Assembly: GCA_958296065.1 (NCBI GenBank)
Contig: CATQHX010000006.1
Coordinates: forward strand, 23,531 to 87,530
DNA: 64,000 nt
Direction of reading: 5' to 3'
Source: Vicinamibacterales bacterium
GTDB lineage: Bacteria; Acidobacteriota; Vicinamibacteria; Vicinamibacterales; UBA8438
The position numbers were made by a program, and so were the translations under genes. This document shows positions 54,803 through 64,000 of the stretch, piece by piece (the stretch's first letter is position 1; every line of letters starts with the position of its first letter). The notes beneath the pieces are model-generated. The model saw only the letters and a program-made list of their open reading frames with translations, did no database searches and was not told the DNA's origin.

Positions 54803-57457
54803 CTAATCCATCCGCAGGGCGGCGAGCGGGTCGACGCGGGCGGCGCGCCGCGCGGGCAGATAGGCGGCGCCGGCAGCCACGAGCAGGAGCAGCGCCGACA
54901 CGGCGGCCAGCGTCGCGGCGTCGAATGGCGCGACATCGACGAGCAGGCTGCCGAGGGAGCGCGAGACGAACAGGGACGCCAGCAGACCGACCGAAACACC
55001 CGTGCCGGCCAGACCGATCGCCCCGCGGACGATCATCCCCACGACCTGGCGGGGTTCGGCTCCCATCGCCAGACGCAGGCCGATCTCGCGGGTCCGTTGC
55101 GCCGTGGCGACCGCGATCACACCGTAGATGCCGAGGGTGGCCAGCACGAGGGCCGCCACGCCGAACAGCGTCAGCAAGGTCGTGGTGAACCGGCGCGCCG
55201 CAAGCGTGTCTGACAATAATTGCTCGACGGTGGCGACGCTGTAGAAGGTCTGCAACGGGTCGGCGTCCCAGACGACATCCTGGATCGCCGCGACGCTGGC
55301 CCCCGGATCCCCGGCTGTCCGCACGACGTAGGTCATCGAGCCGTCCGGGACCTGCGCGTGCGGGACGAACAGCTCCGCGCGCGGGGGAGTGTCGTAGCCC
55401 CCAGGGCGGATCTCGCCCACGACGCCGATGATCTCTGCGTTGATGTCTCCCCTGAACACGACGGACAGGGACACACGCCGGCCAAGCGGGTCCGTATCCG
55501 GCCAGTGCTGCCGCGCCAGCGCCTCGTTGATGACTACCACGGACGGCTGTTCTGCGTCGTCGCGCGCGTCGAACCAGCGGCCCGCCCGCAGAGGGATGCC
55601 CATTGCGTACAGGTACCCGGGCGTCGCGGTGGCAACGGCGGCCGACGGCTCCTCGCCGGGCGGAAACGGCGGCCGGTCATCAAGCTGCAGCAGTCTCTGC
55701 CTGGTGACGTCGGCCAGTCCCAACGGGAAGGCCGATACCGCCCCGGCGGCGGTGACGCCCGGCAGCGCGCGGATGCCGTCGAGGGTCTCGCGAAAGAAGT
55801 TGGCGGTGGCCGACAGCCCGTCGTCGCGGTAATGAAACACCTGCAGCGTCACCGTGTTCGCCGGGGCAAAGCCCAGATCGACGTTCACCAGACGCACGAA
55901 GCTCTGCAGGAGCAGGCCCGCGCCGACCAGCAGCACCAGCGCCAGGGCGACTTCCGTCGCCACCAGTACGCGGCGCAACCGCTGCTGCACCGCGTTGGCG
56001 CCGGTGCGCTGCCCGCGGAGCAGGTCGTGGATGTTCTGCCGGACCACGTGCAGGGCGGGCGCCATCCCGCACGCCAGGGTCGTCACCCCGACGAGGCCAA
56101 CGGCGAACCCGAGAAGCCGCGGGTTCACGGCGACCTGTCCCAGACGCGGAACGTCGGCCGGCATGAACGCCGTGACCGCCTCGAGCGAGGCAGCGGCGAA
56201 GACAAAGCCGCCGACGCCGCCCAGAGCCGTGATCACGGCGTTCTCTGTCAACAGTTGCCGCAGCAGGCGGCCGCGTCCGCCGCCCACCGCCATCCGCACC
56301 GCAAACTCTGGAGCGCGTCGCGTGCAGCGGGCCAGCATCAGGTTCGCGACGTTCACGCACGCGATCAGCAATACGAAGAGCACCGCGCCCTGCAGCAGCA
56401 GCAACATCGGCCGCACTGCTTGGACCTGCCGTGCCTGCAGCGGGATGACCCGCGCGCCGACATCCGCGTTCGTGCGCGGGTGCTCCTGGGCCAGCCGGGC
56501 CGCGACGGCGTCCATCTCCGCCTGTGCTTCGGCGAGCGTCACCTCCGAGCGCAGCCGTCCGATCACGCGCCACCAGCCGGGGCCGCGGCTCGAGGTCTCG
56601 TACTCCGAGAACGTCTTCGGCAGGAAGAAGTCGCGTTCCCCGCGTCGGTAGAGGCCCAGCTCGAAGTCCGGGCCGAGCACGCCGATCACGGTGTAGGGCT
56701 CGCCTTCCAGCACCAACGGGCGCCCGATGATGTCCGCCTCGCCCCCGAAGCGCCGCTGCCACAGACCGTTGGTCAGGACGATGACGCCGCTGCCCGGCAG
56801 GTACTCCTCCGGCAGGAACGTGCGACCGTGGACAGCGTTGACGCCCAGCATCTCGAAGAAGCCTTCCGTGACGAGCGATCCGGTGAAGATCTCCGGCTCG
56901 CCTGCGCCGGTGAAATCGAGCGACCAGGGATCTATTGCCGCCACCCGTTCGAAACTCCGGACCCGATCTCGCCAGTCCAGGAAGTCCGCGGGACCGACCG
57001 GCACAGGGCGGTTCCCGTCGTCCGGATCGGTCTGCCAGAGCGTCACGAGCCGCTCCGGGTCGGAGAAGGAGGGCGGCTGGAGAAGCACGGCGTCGACGAC
57101 GGAAAAGATGGCCGTCGTCGCGCCGACCGACAGCGTCAGGGTCAGCACCGTGGCCGCTGCGAAACCGGGATGCCGGCGCAGCAACCACAAACCGTGGCGG
57201 ACGTCCCGGAGCCCCGCCTCCAGAGATGCTCCGAAACGCGACGCGCGGACGTGGTCCCTGGTCGACGTCAGGCCACCGAGGGCCGCCAGCGCCTGCCGGC
57301 GGGCTTCCGCCGCCGGCAGGCCGTTAGCGCGCCGCACCTCGATCTCCCGCGCGAGGTGATGCTGCAGCTCGTCGTCAAGCTCGCGGTCCGCCCGGTCGCC
57401 GTCGAGAAGCACTCGCAACCGAGCTCGCCACGCGTACAGCCACCGCTCCCAGGACAT
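54803..57457 (-). CDS. ADOP-family duplicated FtsX/MacB-type permease (3 of 5)
   Basis: 884 aa. It starts 3 nt after the PadR stop. About 65-70% identical by eye to permease 4 over long stretches. Confidence 0.85.
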   Translation of the reverse strand: MSWERWLYAWRARLRVLLDGDRADRELDDELQHHLAREIEVRRANGLPAAEARRQALAALGGLTSTRDHVRASRFGASLEAGLRDVRHGLWLLRRHPGFAAATVLTLTLSVGATTAIFSVVDAVLLQPPSFSDPERLVTLWQTDPDDGNRPVPVGPADFLDWRDRVRSFERVAAIDPWSLDFTGAGEPEIFTGSLVTEGFFEMLGVNAVHGRTFLPEEYLPGSGVIVLTNGLWQRRFGGEADIIGRPLVLEGEPYTVIGVLGPDFELGLYRRGERDFFLPKTFSEYETSSRGPGWWRVIGRLRSEVTLAEAQAEMDAVAARLAQEHPRTNADVGARVIPLQARQVQAVRPMLLLLQGAVLFVLLIACVNVANLMLARCTRRAPEFAVRMAVGGGRGRLLRQLLTENAVITALGGVGGFVFAAASLEAVTAFMPADVPRLGQVAVNPRLLGFAVGLVGVTTLACGMAPALHVVRQNIHDLLRGQRTGANAVQQRLRRVLVATEVALALVLLVGAGLLLQSFVRLVNVDLGFAPANTVTLQVFHYRDDGLSATANFFRETLDGIRALPGVTAAGAVSAFPLGLADVTRQRLLQLDDRPPFPPGEEPSAAVATATPGYLYAMGIPLRAGRWFDARDDAEQPSVVVINEALARQHWPDTDPLGRRVSLSVVFRGDINAEIIGVVGEIRPGGYDTPPRAELFVPHAQVPDGSMTYVVRTAGDPGASVAAIQDVVWDADPLQTFYSVATVEQLLSDTLAARRFTTTLLTLFGVAALVLATLGIYGVIAVATAQRTREIGLRLAMGAEPRQVVGMIVRGAIGLAGTGVSVGLLASLFVSRSLGSLLVDVAPFDAATLAAVSALLLLVAAGAAYLPARRAARVDPLAALRMD

Positions 57458-57460
57458 GCC

Positions 57461-57796
57461 TCACACCTCGGTCAGGCGCACGACGTGGGTGATGGCCTGC
57501 GACAGCCGCTCCCAGTTCGCGGCCTCCTGCCTGAGGTAGCGGCGTCCGGGCGGCGTCAGCGAGTAGATCTTCGCGCGCCGGTTGTTCTCGGTGTTCCGCC
57601 ACTCCGCACTGATCCAGCCCTGCTGCTCCAGCTTGTGCAGCGCCGGGTAGAGCGAGCCGTCGCTTACCTGCAGCGCCTCGTTCGAGACCTGCTTCAGGCG
57701 CTGGCCGATGGCCCATCCGCTCCGCGGCTCCAGGTCGAGGATCTTCAGAATCAGAAGATCCAGGGTTCCCTGTACGAGGTTCGATGGCTTGCTCAT
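57461..57796 (-). CDS. PadR-family transcriptional regulator
   Basis: MSKPSNLVQGTLDLLILKILDLEPRSGWAIGQRL...DGSLYPALHKLEQQGWISAEW. Start set at ATG 57796. Confidence 0.85.
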   Translation of the reverse strand: MSKPSNLVQGTLDLLILKILDLEPRSGWAIGQRLKQVSNEALQVSDGSLYPALHKLEQQGWISAEWRNTENNRRAKIYSLTPPGRRYLRQEAANWERLSQAITHVVRLTEV

Positions 57797-57842
57797 CTTG
57801 GCGGTCCTCTCACTCGACTTCCTTGGGTGCAATCTCGACTGC

Positions 57843-60341
57843 CTATTCGGTACGAAGTGCAACGAGCGGATCGACGCGGGCGGCGCGCCGCGCCGGCAGC
57901 CAGGCAGCGGATGCGCCGACGAGCAGCAACAGGACGGAGACCCCGGCCAGTGTAGTGATGTCGGTCGGCGCGATTCCGAACAGCAGGCTCGTCAGAAACC
58001 GCGAGGTCCACAGCGCCGCCACTACGCCGACCACGACGCCGGAGCCGGCGAGCACGATCGCGCCGCGGACGACCATCCGCACCACGTCCAGCGGGCGGGC
58101 GCCCATGGCGAGGCGCAGGCCGATCTCGCGCGTGCGCTGCGCCGTGGCGACCGCGATCACCCCGTAGATGCCGAGGCCGGCGAGCGTCAGGGCCGCCGCG
58201 GCGAACAGCACCAGCAGCGTCGTCGTGAAGCGCCGCGCTGCGAGCGTGTCCGACAGGAGCTGGTCGACGGTGGCGACGCTGTAGAAGCTCTGCAGCGGGT
58301 CGACGTCCCAGACGGCTTCCTGAATCGCCGACAGGCTGTCCGCCGGGTCGCCGGCCGTGCGCACCACGTAGGTCATCGAGCCGCTGGCGCCGCTCTGCGC
58401 GTGCGGCACGAACACCTCCGGGCGCCGACCGCTGTCGAAGCCCTGTGCGCGCGTCGCGCCGACGACGCCGACGACATCCGCCTCGAACGCCTGTCCGAAC
58501 ACCTGCACGGTCAGGCGCTCGGTGAGCGGGTCTGCGTCCGGCCAGTGCCGCCGCGCCAGCGTCTCGTTGATGATGGCCACGCCCGGCCGCTCGGTGTCGT
58601 CCCGTTCGTCGAACCGCCGGCCGGCGCGGAACGGGATCCGCATCGCCTCGAAGTAGCCGGGCGTCACCTGCGAGATCGCCGTCGACGGCTCCTCGCCCGG
58701 CGGCGGCGGCGGCCGATCGTGAATCGTGAACGGCGTCTCGACCGTGATGTCGGCCAGGCCGAGCGGGAACGCCGAGATGGCGCCGGCCGCGCCCACTCGC
58801 GGCAGGGCGCGGATGCCCTGCAGCGTTTCGCGGAAGAAGTTCACGCGGGCCTCGTCCTCGGCCTGCCGGTTCCAGGCGAAGACCTGCAACGCGACCGCGT
58901 TCTCCGGCGCGAAGCCCAGATCTACGTTCACCAGCCGCGAGAAGCTCTGCAACAGCAGACCCGCGCCGACCAGCAGCACCAGCGCCAGGGCGACCTCAGC
59001 CGCCACCAGCGACCGGCGCAGCCGCTGCTGCGCCGCGGTGGCGCCGACGCGCTGCGCGCGAAGCAGGCCGGCGACATCCTGGCGGAACATCTGGAGAGCG
59101 GGAGCGAGTCCGAACGCCGTCGCCGTGGCGAGGACCAGACCGACCGCGAACCCGAGGATGCGCCCGTTCACCGTGACCTCGGCCACGCGCGGCACGCCCG
59201 CGGGCATGAGCGCCACGATCACGTCCAGCCCGTAGACCGTCAGCGCTACGCCGCCGAAGCCTCCCAACGCCGCGATGACAACGCTCTCGGTCAGCAGTTG
59301 GCGCAGCAGCCGGGCGCGCCCGCCGCCCACCGCCGTCCGGACCGTGAACTCCTGCGCCCGCCGCGTGCAGCGCGCCAGCATCAGGTTCGCGACGTTCACG
59401 CAGGCGATCAGCAGGACCAGGGCCACCCCGCCCCACAGCAGCAGCAGCGCCGGCCGCACCGCCGCGACCTGGCGCCTATGGAGCGGAATCACGCGCGCGC
59501 CTACGCCGGTGTTGGTACGGGGGTATTCGGCGGCCAGCCTGGCGGCGACCGCGTCCATCTCCGCCTGGGCTCCCGCCAGCGTGACCTCCGGCCGAACCCG
59601 CGCGACCACGTGCCACCAGCCGTTGGTGCGCATGTAGGTCTCGTACTCGGCGATCGCCTTGGGCGCGTAGACGTCGCGCTCGCCGCGGCCCCCTTCGAGA
59701 GCGAGCTCGAAGTCCGCCGGAAGCACGCCGACCACGGTGTACGGTCGCTTGTCCAGCGTCAGCGACCGGCCGAGGATGCCGGCGTCACCGCCGAAGCGGC
59801 GTTCCCAGAATCCATGCGTCAGCAGCACGACGCCGCTGCCCGGCTGGAACTCCTCCGGAAGGAAGGTCCTGCCGAGCGCGGCGCCGGCCCCCAGCACCTC
59901 GAAGAAGCCCTCCGTGACGATCGATGCGTAGAACACCTCCGGTGCGCCCTCGCCGGTGAAATCGAACGAGAACGGCTCGACCGCCGCCACCTGCTCGAAG
60001 CTCGTCGCCTGCTCGCGCCAGTCGAGGAAGTTCGCCGGTGCGGGTTCCACGGGACGGTTGGCGTTGTTCGGATCGGTCTGCCACAGCGTCACGAGACGGT
60101 CGGGTTCCGGGAACGGCGGCGGCTGCAGGAGGACCGCGTTGACGACGGAGAAGATGGTCGTCGTCGCGCCGATGGCGAGCGTCAGGGTCAGGACCGTGGT
60201 CGCCGCGAAACCCGGCTCCCGCCGCAGCAACCGAAGACCGAAGTGGACATCCTGGAAGAGCTGCTCGAGCGCGGCGCCGAGGTGAACCACCCGTGGGTTG
60301 GGCTCCAACGTGCCTTGCCCCAGAGACGACTTGGTCATCAC
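57843..60341 (-). CDS. ADOP-family duplicated FtsX/MacB-type permease (4 of 5), lacks the N-terminal helix extension
   Basis: 832 aa. GTG at 60341 or ATG at 60338. FQDVHFGLRLLRREPGFAATTVLTLTLAIGATT. Confidence 0.85.
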   Translation of the reverse strand: MMTKSSLGQGTLEPNPRVVHLGAALEQLFQDVHFGLRLLRREPGFAATTVLTLTLAIGATTTIFSVVNAVLLQPPPFPEPDRLVTLWQTDPNNANRPVEPAPANFLDWREQATSFEQVAAVEPFSFDFTGEGAPEVFYASIVTEGFFEVLGAGAALGRTFLPEEFQPGSGVVLLTHGFWERRFGGDAGILGRSLTLDKRPYTVVGVLPADFELALEGGRGERDVYAPKAIAEYETYMRTNGWWHVVARVRPEVTLAGAQAEMDAVAARLAAEYPRTNTGVGARVIPLHRRQVAAVRPALLLLWGGVALVLLIACVNVANLMLARCTRRAQEFTVRTAVGGGRARLLRQLLTESVVIAALGGFGGVALTVYGLDVIVALMPAGVPRVAEVTVNGRILGFAVGLVLATATAFGLAPALQMFRQDVAGLLRAQRVGATAAQQRLRRSLVAAEVALALVLLVGAGLLLQSFSRLVNVDLGFAPENAVALQVFAWNRQAEDEARVNFFRETLQGIRALPRVGAAGAISAFPLGLADITVETPFTIHDRPPPPPGEEPSTAISQVTPGYFEAMRIPFRAGRRFDERDDTERPGVAIINETLARRHWPDADPLTERLTVQVFGQAFEADVVGVVGATRAQGFDSGRRPEVFVPHAQSGASGSMTYVVRTAGDPADSLSAIQEAVWDVDPLQSFYSVATVDQLLSDTLAARRFTTTLLVLFAAAALTLAGLGIYGVIAVATAQRTREIGLRLAMGARPLDVVRMVVRGAIVLAGSGVVVGVVAALWTSRFLTSLLFGIAPTDITTLAGVSVLLLLVGASAAWLPARRAARVDPLVALRTE

Positions 60342-60365
60342 GGACGCTCCTCTCGGTTACCGGGA

Positions 60366-60394
60366 AAGCTAGCACGGCTCATCTCGGTAAGCAA
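60366..60394 (-). promoter_or_regulatory. putative sigma70-type promoter of ADOP permease 4 (twin of 51681-51709)
   Basis: The minus strand reads TTGCTT (60394-60389) - 17 nt - TAGCTT (60371-60366), then CGGTAACCGAGAGGAG before the start codon. Confidence 0.4.
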
Positions 60395-60433
60395 GATGAA
60401 TCTGGTTGTCATGTCCCCCTCGGAGAATCTCAG

Positions 60434-60483
60434 ATACCTTGACAATCTACAATCCCCTGGCCTATTGTCGACCGTCAAGGTAT
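60434..60483 (+). promoter_or_regulatory. putative promoter (TTGACA-18-TATTGT) bracketed by a perfect 10-bp inverted repeat (candidate PadR operator)
   Basis: ATACCTTGAC (60434-60443) and GTCAAGGTAT (60474-60483) are exact reverse complements. -35 TTGACA at 60439-60444, -10 TATTGT at 60463-60468. PadR ATG at 60488. Confidence 0.45.
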
Positions 60484-60487
60484 ACGC

Positions 60488-60817
60488 ATGGGGAAGCCGA
60501 CCGGCCTCGTCCAAGGCACCCTGGATCTGCTGATCCTCCGGACCATCCAGCACGAACCCAAGCACGGCTGGGCCGTCGCCAAACGCATTCAGCAAGTCTC
60601 GAACGACGTGCTCAAGGTGCAACAGGGATCGCTCTATCCGGCCCTCTATCGCCTCGAAAGGGACGGCTGGATCACCGGCCGCTGGGCCGCGACCGAGACC
60701 GGGCGGGAGGCGAAGTTCTATTCGCTGACCAGCGCCGGGCGGGCGCATCTGCAACGGGAGGTTGCCGCGTGGGAGCGGCTCTCCGACGCGATCAACCTCA
60801 TCATCGAGGAGGCGTGA
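60488..60817 (+). CDS. PadR-family transcriptional regulator
   Basis: MGKPTGLVQGTLDLLILRTIQHEPKHGWAVAKRI...QGSLYPALYRLERDGWITGRW. Confidence 0.9.
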   Translation: MGKPTGLVQGTLDLLILRTIQHEPKHGWAVAKRIQQVSNDVLKVQQGSLYPALYRLERDGWITGRWAATETGREAKFYSLTSAGRAHLQREVAAWERLSDAINLIIEEA

Positions 60818-63462
60818 TGCTCATGCCGTATTGGTTCCTGCGCTTGTGGGCTCGGTTGCGTGTTCTCTTTGGAGGACGACGGCTGGAACGCGAGTTCGAC
60901 GCCGAGCTGCAGTTTCACCTCGACCAGCAGGCCTCCGAGTACCGAAGGCAGGGGATGTCGTCGGAGGAGGCTGTACGAGCGGCTCGTGCCGCGCTCGGCA
61001 ACGTGCCGCTGCTCCGGGAGGACGTCCGCGCGGTCTGGAGATGGCGCTGGCTCGATCAACTGTTGCAGGACGTACGATGCGGCACGCGCACCCTGACACG
61101 CAGCCGCGGGTTCACCGCGATGTCGGTGGCGACGATCGCTCTCGCCATTGGGGCCACGACGGCCATCTTTTCCGTTGTCTGGGGTATTCTGCTGCGCCCC
61201 CTGCCCGTTGCCGAACCGGAGCGTCTCGTTCGGATCGTGAACATCGCGTACATCGGGGAACTGGTGGAGTTGCGCGCGCGGTCACGCACGCTCGACGTCG
61301 CGGCCTACCTCCCGCCAGACGACAGGACGCTGACCGGTTTCGACGACCCACTGCGGCTGAGCGTCGTGCCCGTCACCGGCGATCTGCTGACCCGTCTCGG
61401 CAGGGCGCCGGCGCTCGGTCGAGGATTCGGTCTCGACGACGAGCGCCCCGGGGCAGAGCCGTCCGCCATCCTCAGTGACGCCCTGTGGCGTCAACGTTTC
61501 GGCGCGGATCCCGCGACGGTCGGACGAACCCTGCTGCTCGGCGGCGTGGCACACACGGTGCGGGGGGTCATGCCGCCGGACTTCGAGTTCCCTTCCGCGG
61601 GCGTCGACCTGTGGGTGCCGGTGACCGTGGACGTGACGAACCGGGTCGGCCTGTGGGCGCGGACAGGCTATCTGGTCGGCAGGCTGCATCCCGGCGTCAC
61701 GCTGGATGCTGCGACCAGCGAGGTCCGGGCGCTCGGCCCGCAGTTCGGCCAATTGTTCCCGTGGCGGATGCCGGATGGCCACGGCACGGACGTCGGCCTG
61801 CGGACGTGGCGGGAGGACCGGTTGGGTGAGGTGCGCCCCATGCTGCTCCTGCTGCTCGGCGCGGTCGTTGCCGTATGGCTCATCGGCACCGTGAACCTGA
61901 CCAACCTGCAGCAGGTTCGCGCTGCCGCACGCCGGCGGGAATTGGCGCTTCGCGCGGCACTCGGCGCAGGTCGCGGCCGCGTTGTAAGACAACTTCTGAC
62001 CGAGAGCTCGCTCCTCAGCCTGTTCGGGGGCGCGATTGGCGTGGCGATTGCGTACGCCGGCGTGCCCACACTGGTTGCACTCCTTCCAGCGGACGTGCCG
62101 CGCGCCGCGGGGATTCGCGTCAATGGCGTCGTCCTCTGCTTTGCCGCGGCCGTCTCGCTCGTCACGGCGTTGGCCGCCGGCACGCTCCCGGCGCTTCGTG
62201 CGGCGCGGTTGGGCCAGAACGCGGCCCTGGCGGGCTTGCGAGGAACGGTCGGCGGCGCGTCCGGCCGCCGTCTCGGCATCTTCGTGACGGCCGAGATCGC
62301 GGCGGCGGTCATGCTGGTGATCAGTGCCGCTCTGCTGGCCAGGAGCCTGGCCGTGCAGGTCGGTGTCGACGTCGGGTTCAACGCGGATCGTCTTGTCGCG
62401 GCCGAAGTCGCACCGTCGCCCGTACGTCATCCCAACGACGCCGTCCGGCTCGACTTCTACGCGAGCCTGGAGCGGCGTCTTCGCGCACTTTCCTTCGTTG
62501 ACGGGGTAGGGCTGTCGACAGTCTTCCAGCCGTTCGGGGCCGTCGGTGGCGGCAGCGTGTTCAGGATCGAGGGCCGGCCGAATCCGGCCACGGAAGGAGG
62601 AGAGTGGCCCTGGGCGGATCTCCGAACGGCCGTAAACGCCGATTACCTGCGCACCCTCGAGGTATCGATCATTGCCGGTCGTCCCTTCACCGAGGCCGAC
62701 GTGAGCGGCGCGCAGCGGGTGGTGCTCGTCAGCCAGCGTCTTGCCGAGACGTGGTGGCCGGATGGAACCGCGGTCGGGCAGCGCATTGCGTTTCCGGGCA
62801 GTGAACGGGACGCCGATCCCTGGCGCACGGTCGTCGGCGTCGTAGCGGACGTGCGCTGGCAAGGGCCTGCGAGCGAGGGCACGACGCTGTACGTCCCCCT
62901 GGCGCAGCACGTTGGCGCCATCGATGCGATGACGTTGATCGTGCGATCGAGCGGCGACCCGACCCTGGTTGCAGACAGTCTGCAGGCCGTGATTGCGTCG
63001 GTCGATTCCGAGACGCCCGTTAGTCGGATCCGTGCAGTGGATGACGTCATGGCGCAGGCCGTCAGCCGGCCGCGGTTCACGACGAAGCTCGTGCTGGGAT
63101 TCGCCGCCCTCGGTGTCGTCCTGGGGATGCTGGGAGTTTATGGGGTCGTCGCTTACACCGGTGCGCGGCAGCAGCGCGACATCGGCATTCGGCTTGCGCT
63201 CGGCGCAACCCGCGCGAACGTCCGCGCGCACTTCGTTCGGCAAGCCCTTGCGTTCGCCGGTGTCGGAATCGTGCTTGGGGAGATCGGGGCCGCCGTCCTG
63301 ATGTCCTCGTTGTCTTCGCTGCTCTTCGGCGTGGGTCCGTGGGATCCGGTCACCTTCGCGGCGGTACCGGCCCTGCTCGTCGTGCTTGCCACGGTCGCGG
63401 CTTGGTTTCCGGCTCGTCGTGCGACGGCGCTCGATCCGGTAGCAGTCCTGCGGGCGGAGTGA
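60817..63462 (+). CDS. ADOP-family duplicated FtsX/MacB-type permease (5 of 5)
   Basis: ATG at 60817 overlaps the PadR stop (TGATG). MLMPYWFLRLWARLRVLFGG...DVRCGTRTLTRSRGFTAMSVATIALAIGATT. C-terminal ARRATALDPVAVLRAE. Confidence 0.85.
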   Translation: MLMPYWFLRLWARLRVLFGGRRLEREFDAELQFHLDQQASEYRRQGMSSEEAVRAARAALGNVPLLREDVRAVWRWRWLDQLLQDVRCGTRTLTRSRGFTAMSVATIALAIGATTAIFSVVWGILLRPLPVAEPERLVRIVNIAYIGELVELRARSRTLDVAAYLPPDDRTLTGFDDPLRLSVVPVTGDLLTRLGRAPALGRGFGLDDERPGAEPSAILSDALWRQRFGADPATVGRTLLLGGVAHTVRGVMPPDFEFPSAGVDLWVPVTVDVTNRVGLWARTGYLVGRLHPGVTLDAATSEVRALGPQFGQLFPWRMPDGHGTDVGLRTWREDRLGEVRPMLLLLLGAVVAVWLIGTVNLTNLQQVRAAARRRELALRAALGAGRGRVVRQLLTESSLLSLFGGAIGVAIAYAGVPTLVALLPADVPRAAGIRVNGVVLCFAAAVSLVTALAAGTLPALRAARLGQNAALAGLRGTVGGASGRRLGIFVTAEIAAAVMLVISAALLARSLAVQVGVDVGFNADRLVAAEVAPSPVRHPNDAVRLDFYASLERRLRALSFVDGVGLSTVFQPFGAVGGGSVFRIEGRPNPATEGGEWPWADLRTAVNADYLRTLEVSIIAGRPFTEADVSGAQRVVLVSQRLAETWWPDGTAVGQRIAFPGSERDADPWRTVVGVVADVRWQGPASEGTTLYVPLAQHVGAIDAMTLIVRSSGDPTLVADSLQAVIASVDSETPVSRIRAVDDVMAQAVSRPRFTTKLVLGFAALGVVLGMLGVYGVVAYTGARQQRDIGIRLALGATRANVRAHFVRQALAFAGVGIVLGEIGAAVLMSSLSSLLFGVGPWDPVTFAAVPALLVVLATVAAWFPARRATALDPVAVLRAE

Positions 63463-63591
63463 CCTTCGCACCTGCTCGATAGCGCGCCCGCGACCGGGTG
63501 ACGGACCGCCTTCACAGATACCACTCGCCCGGCAGATCCTCTCTCTCCCGACTCGATCCTCTCCGCTCCACCAGTCTGTCGTGTTTGCTGC

Positions 63592-64000
63592 ATGACCGCG
63601 GGAATCTGCGGCACGATTCAGGCCGTAGCCGCACCCGTCCGAGACCTGCTGCTCGTGCGCGCCGGGGCCCGCCAGCGTGAGCTCGCGGTGCGGGCCGCCG
63701 TCGGTGCCTCCCGCGGACGGCTCGTCCGACAGTTGCTGGCGGAGAGCGGGTTGCGGTGCTGCTGACCATCGTGCTCTTCGGATTGCTGCCGGCAGTTGGT
63801 AACAGCCGCACCGCCACGCTTCGTGTCGCCGCAAGTCCGGGGCTATGGTCCCACTGGACGCGCCCTCCTCGTCGTCGAGCTGGCCCTCTCGGTCGTGCTG
63901 CTGGCCGGGGCCGCCCGGCTCGTGCAGTCCCGGTGGAACCTGCAGCGGGTCGAGCCCGGCTTCCGGACCGACCGCCTGCTGACCAAGCAGGTGTGGCTGC
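63592..64000 (+). pseudogene. remnant of a sixth ADOP permease (N-terminal ~250 aa missing, internal deletion/frameshift), runs off the window
   Basis: Own translation gives LLLVRAGARQRELAVRAAVGASRGRLVRQLLAESGL, then a stop. In another frame it gives LFGLLPAV... and RALLVVELALSVVLLAGAARLVQSRWNLQRVEPGFRTDRLLT. These are FtsX-block motifs in the wrong spacing and frames. Confidence 0.5.

Noticed and set aside
1-64000. CRISPR arrays, rRNA genes, dndABCDE/sspABCD phosphorothioation genes, phage integrase
   Set aside because: No regularly spaced short direct repeats and no rRNA-like stretches were seen by eye. No ORFs had recognisable cysteine desulfurase/DndC/DndD or tyrosine-recombinase signatures. 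Manual scanning of 64 kb cannot exclude short or degenerate instances.

Overview
This is a 64-kb, high-GC (roughly two-thirds G+C by eye) bacterial chromosomal window. The right third (45.1-64.0 kb) is a core-looking efflux region. It holds five full-length ADOP/MacB-type duplicated FtsX permeases, three PadR regulators, one MacA-like adaptor, one ABC ATPase and one TolC-like channel, a gene content typical of Acidobacteriota (inference). The middle (about 9.6-44.4 kb) is an accessory/defence island that begins next to a 45-nt 3' fragment of a tRNA-Lys(UUU). In order it carries: an Abi_C/HEPN gene; an ISNCY-like IS with intact 8-bp target duplications; and a gap-free six-gene operon. That operon encodes a DEAD/DEAH helicase+DUF1998, an SNF2 helicase and an Eco57I-like N6-adenine methyltransferase (DISARM class-1-like), then an AAA ATPase + HNH pair (Septu-like PtuAB), then a second HNH. 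After it come a DUF4062 protein, a low-GC HEPN gene, an IS256-family IS with 8-bp duplications, and a three-gene operon. That last operon encodes a NERD + pseudokinase + kinase + P-loop fusion, a 606-aa protein, and a 1748-aa protein ending in a FtsK/HerA-type ATPase. I interpret it as an orphan, kinase-fused DptF/G/H (DndFGH)-like module and regard it as the best candidate for an undescribed system. The left 9.6 kb holds a caspase-like protease with a small membrane partner, metallophosphoesterases, an amidohydrolase, an outer-membrane beta-barrel, DUF1640 and several frameshifted or truncated gene remnants. I saw no rRNA, no complete tRNA and no CRISPR array. Many very long ORFs in the track are antisense shadows of real genes (Arg/Pro/Gly-rich) and were discarded. 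All family assignments come from motif recognition by eye; no searches were run.
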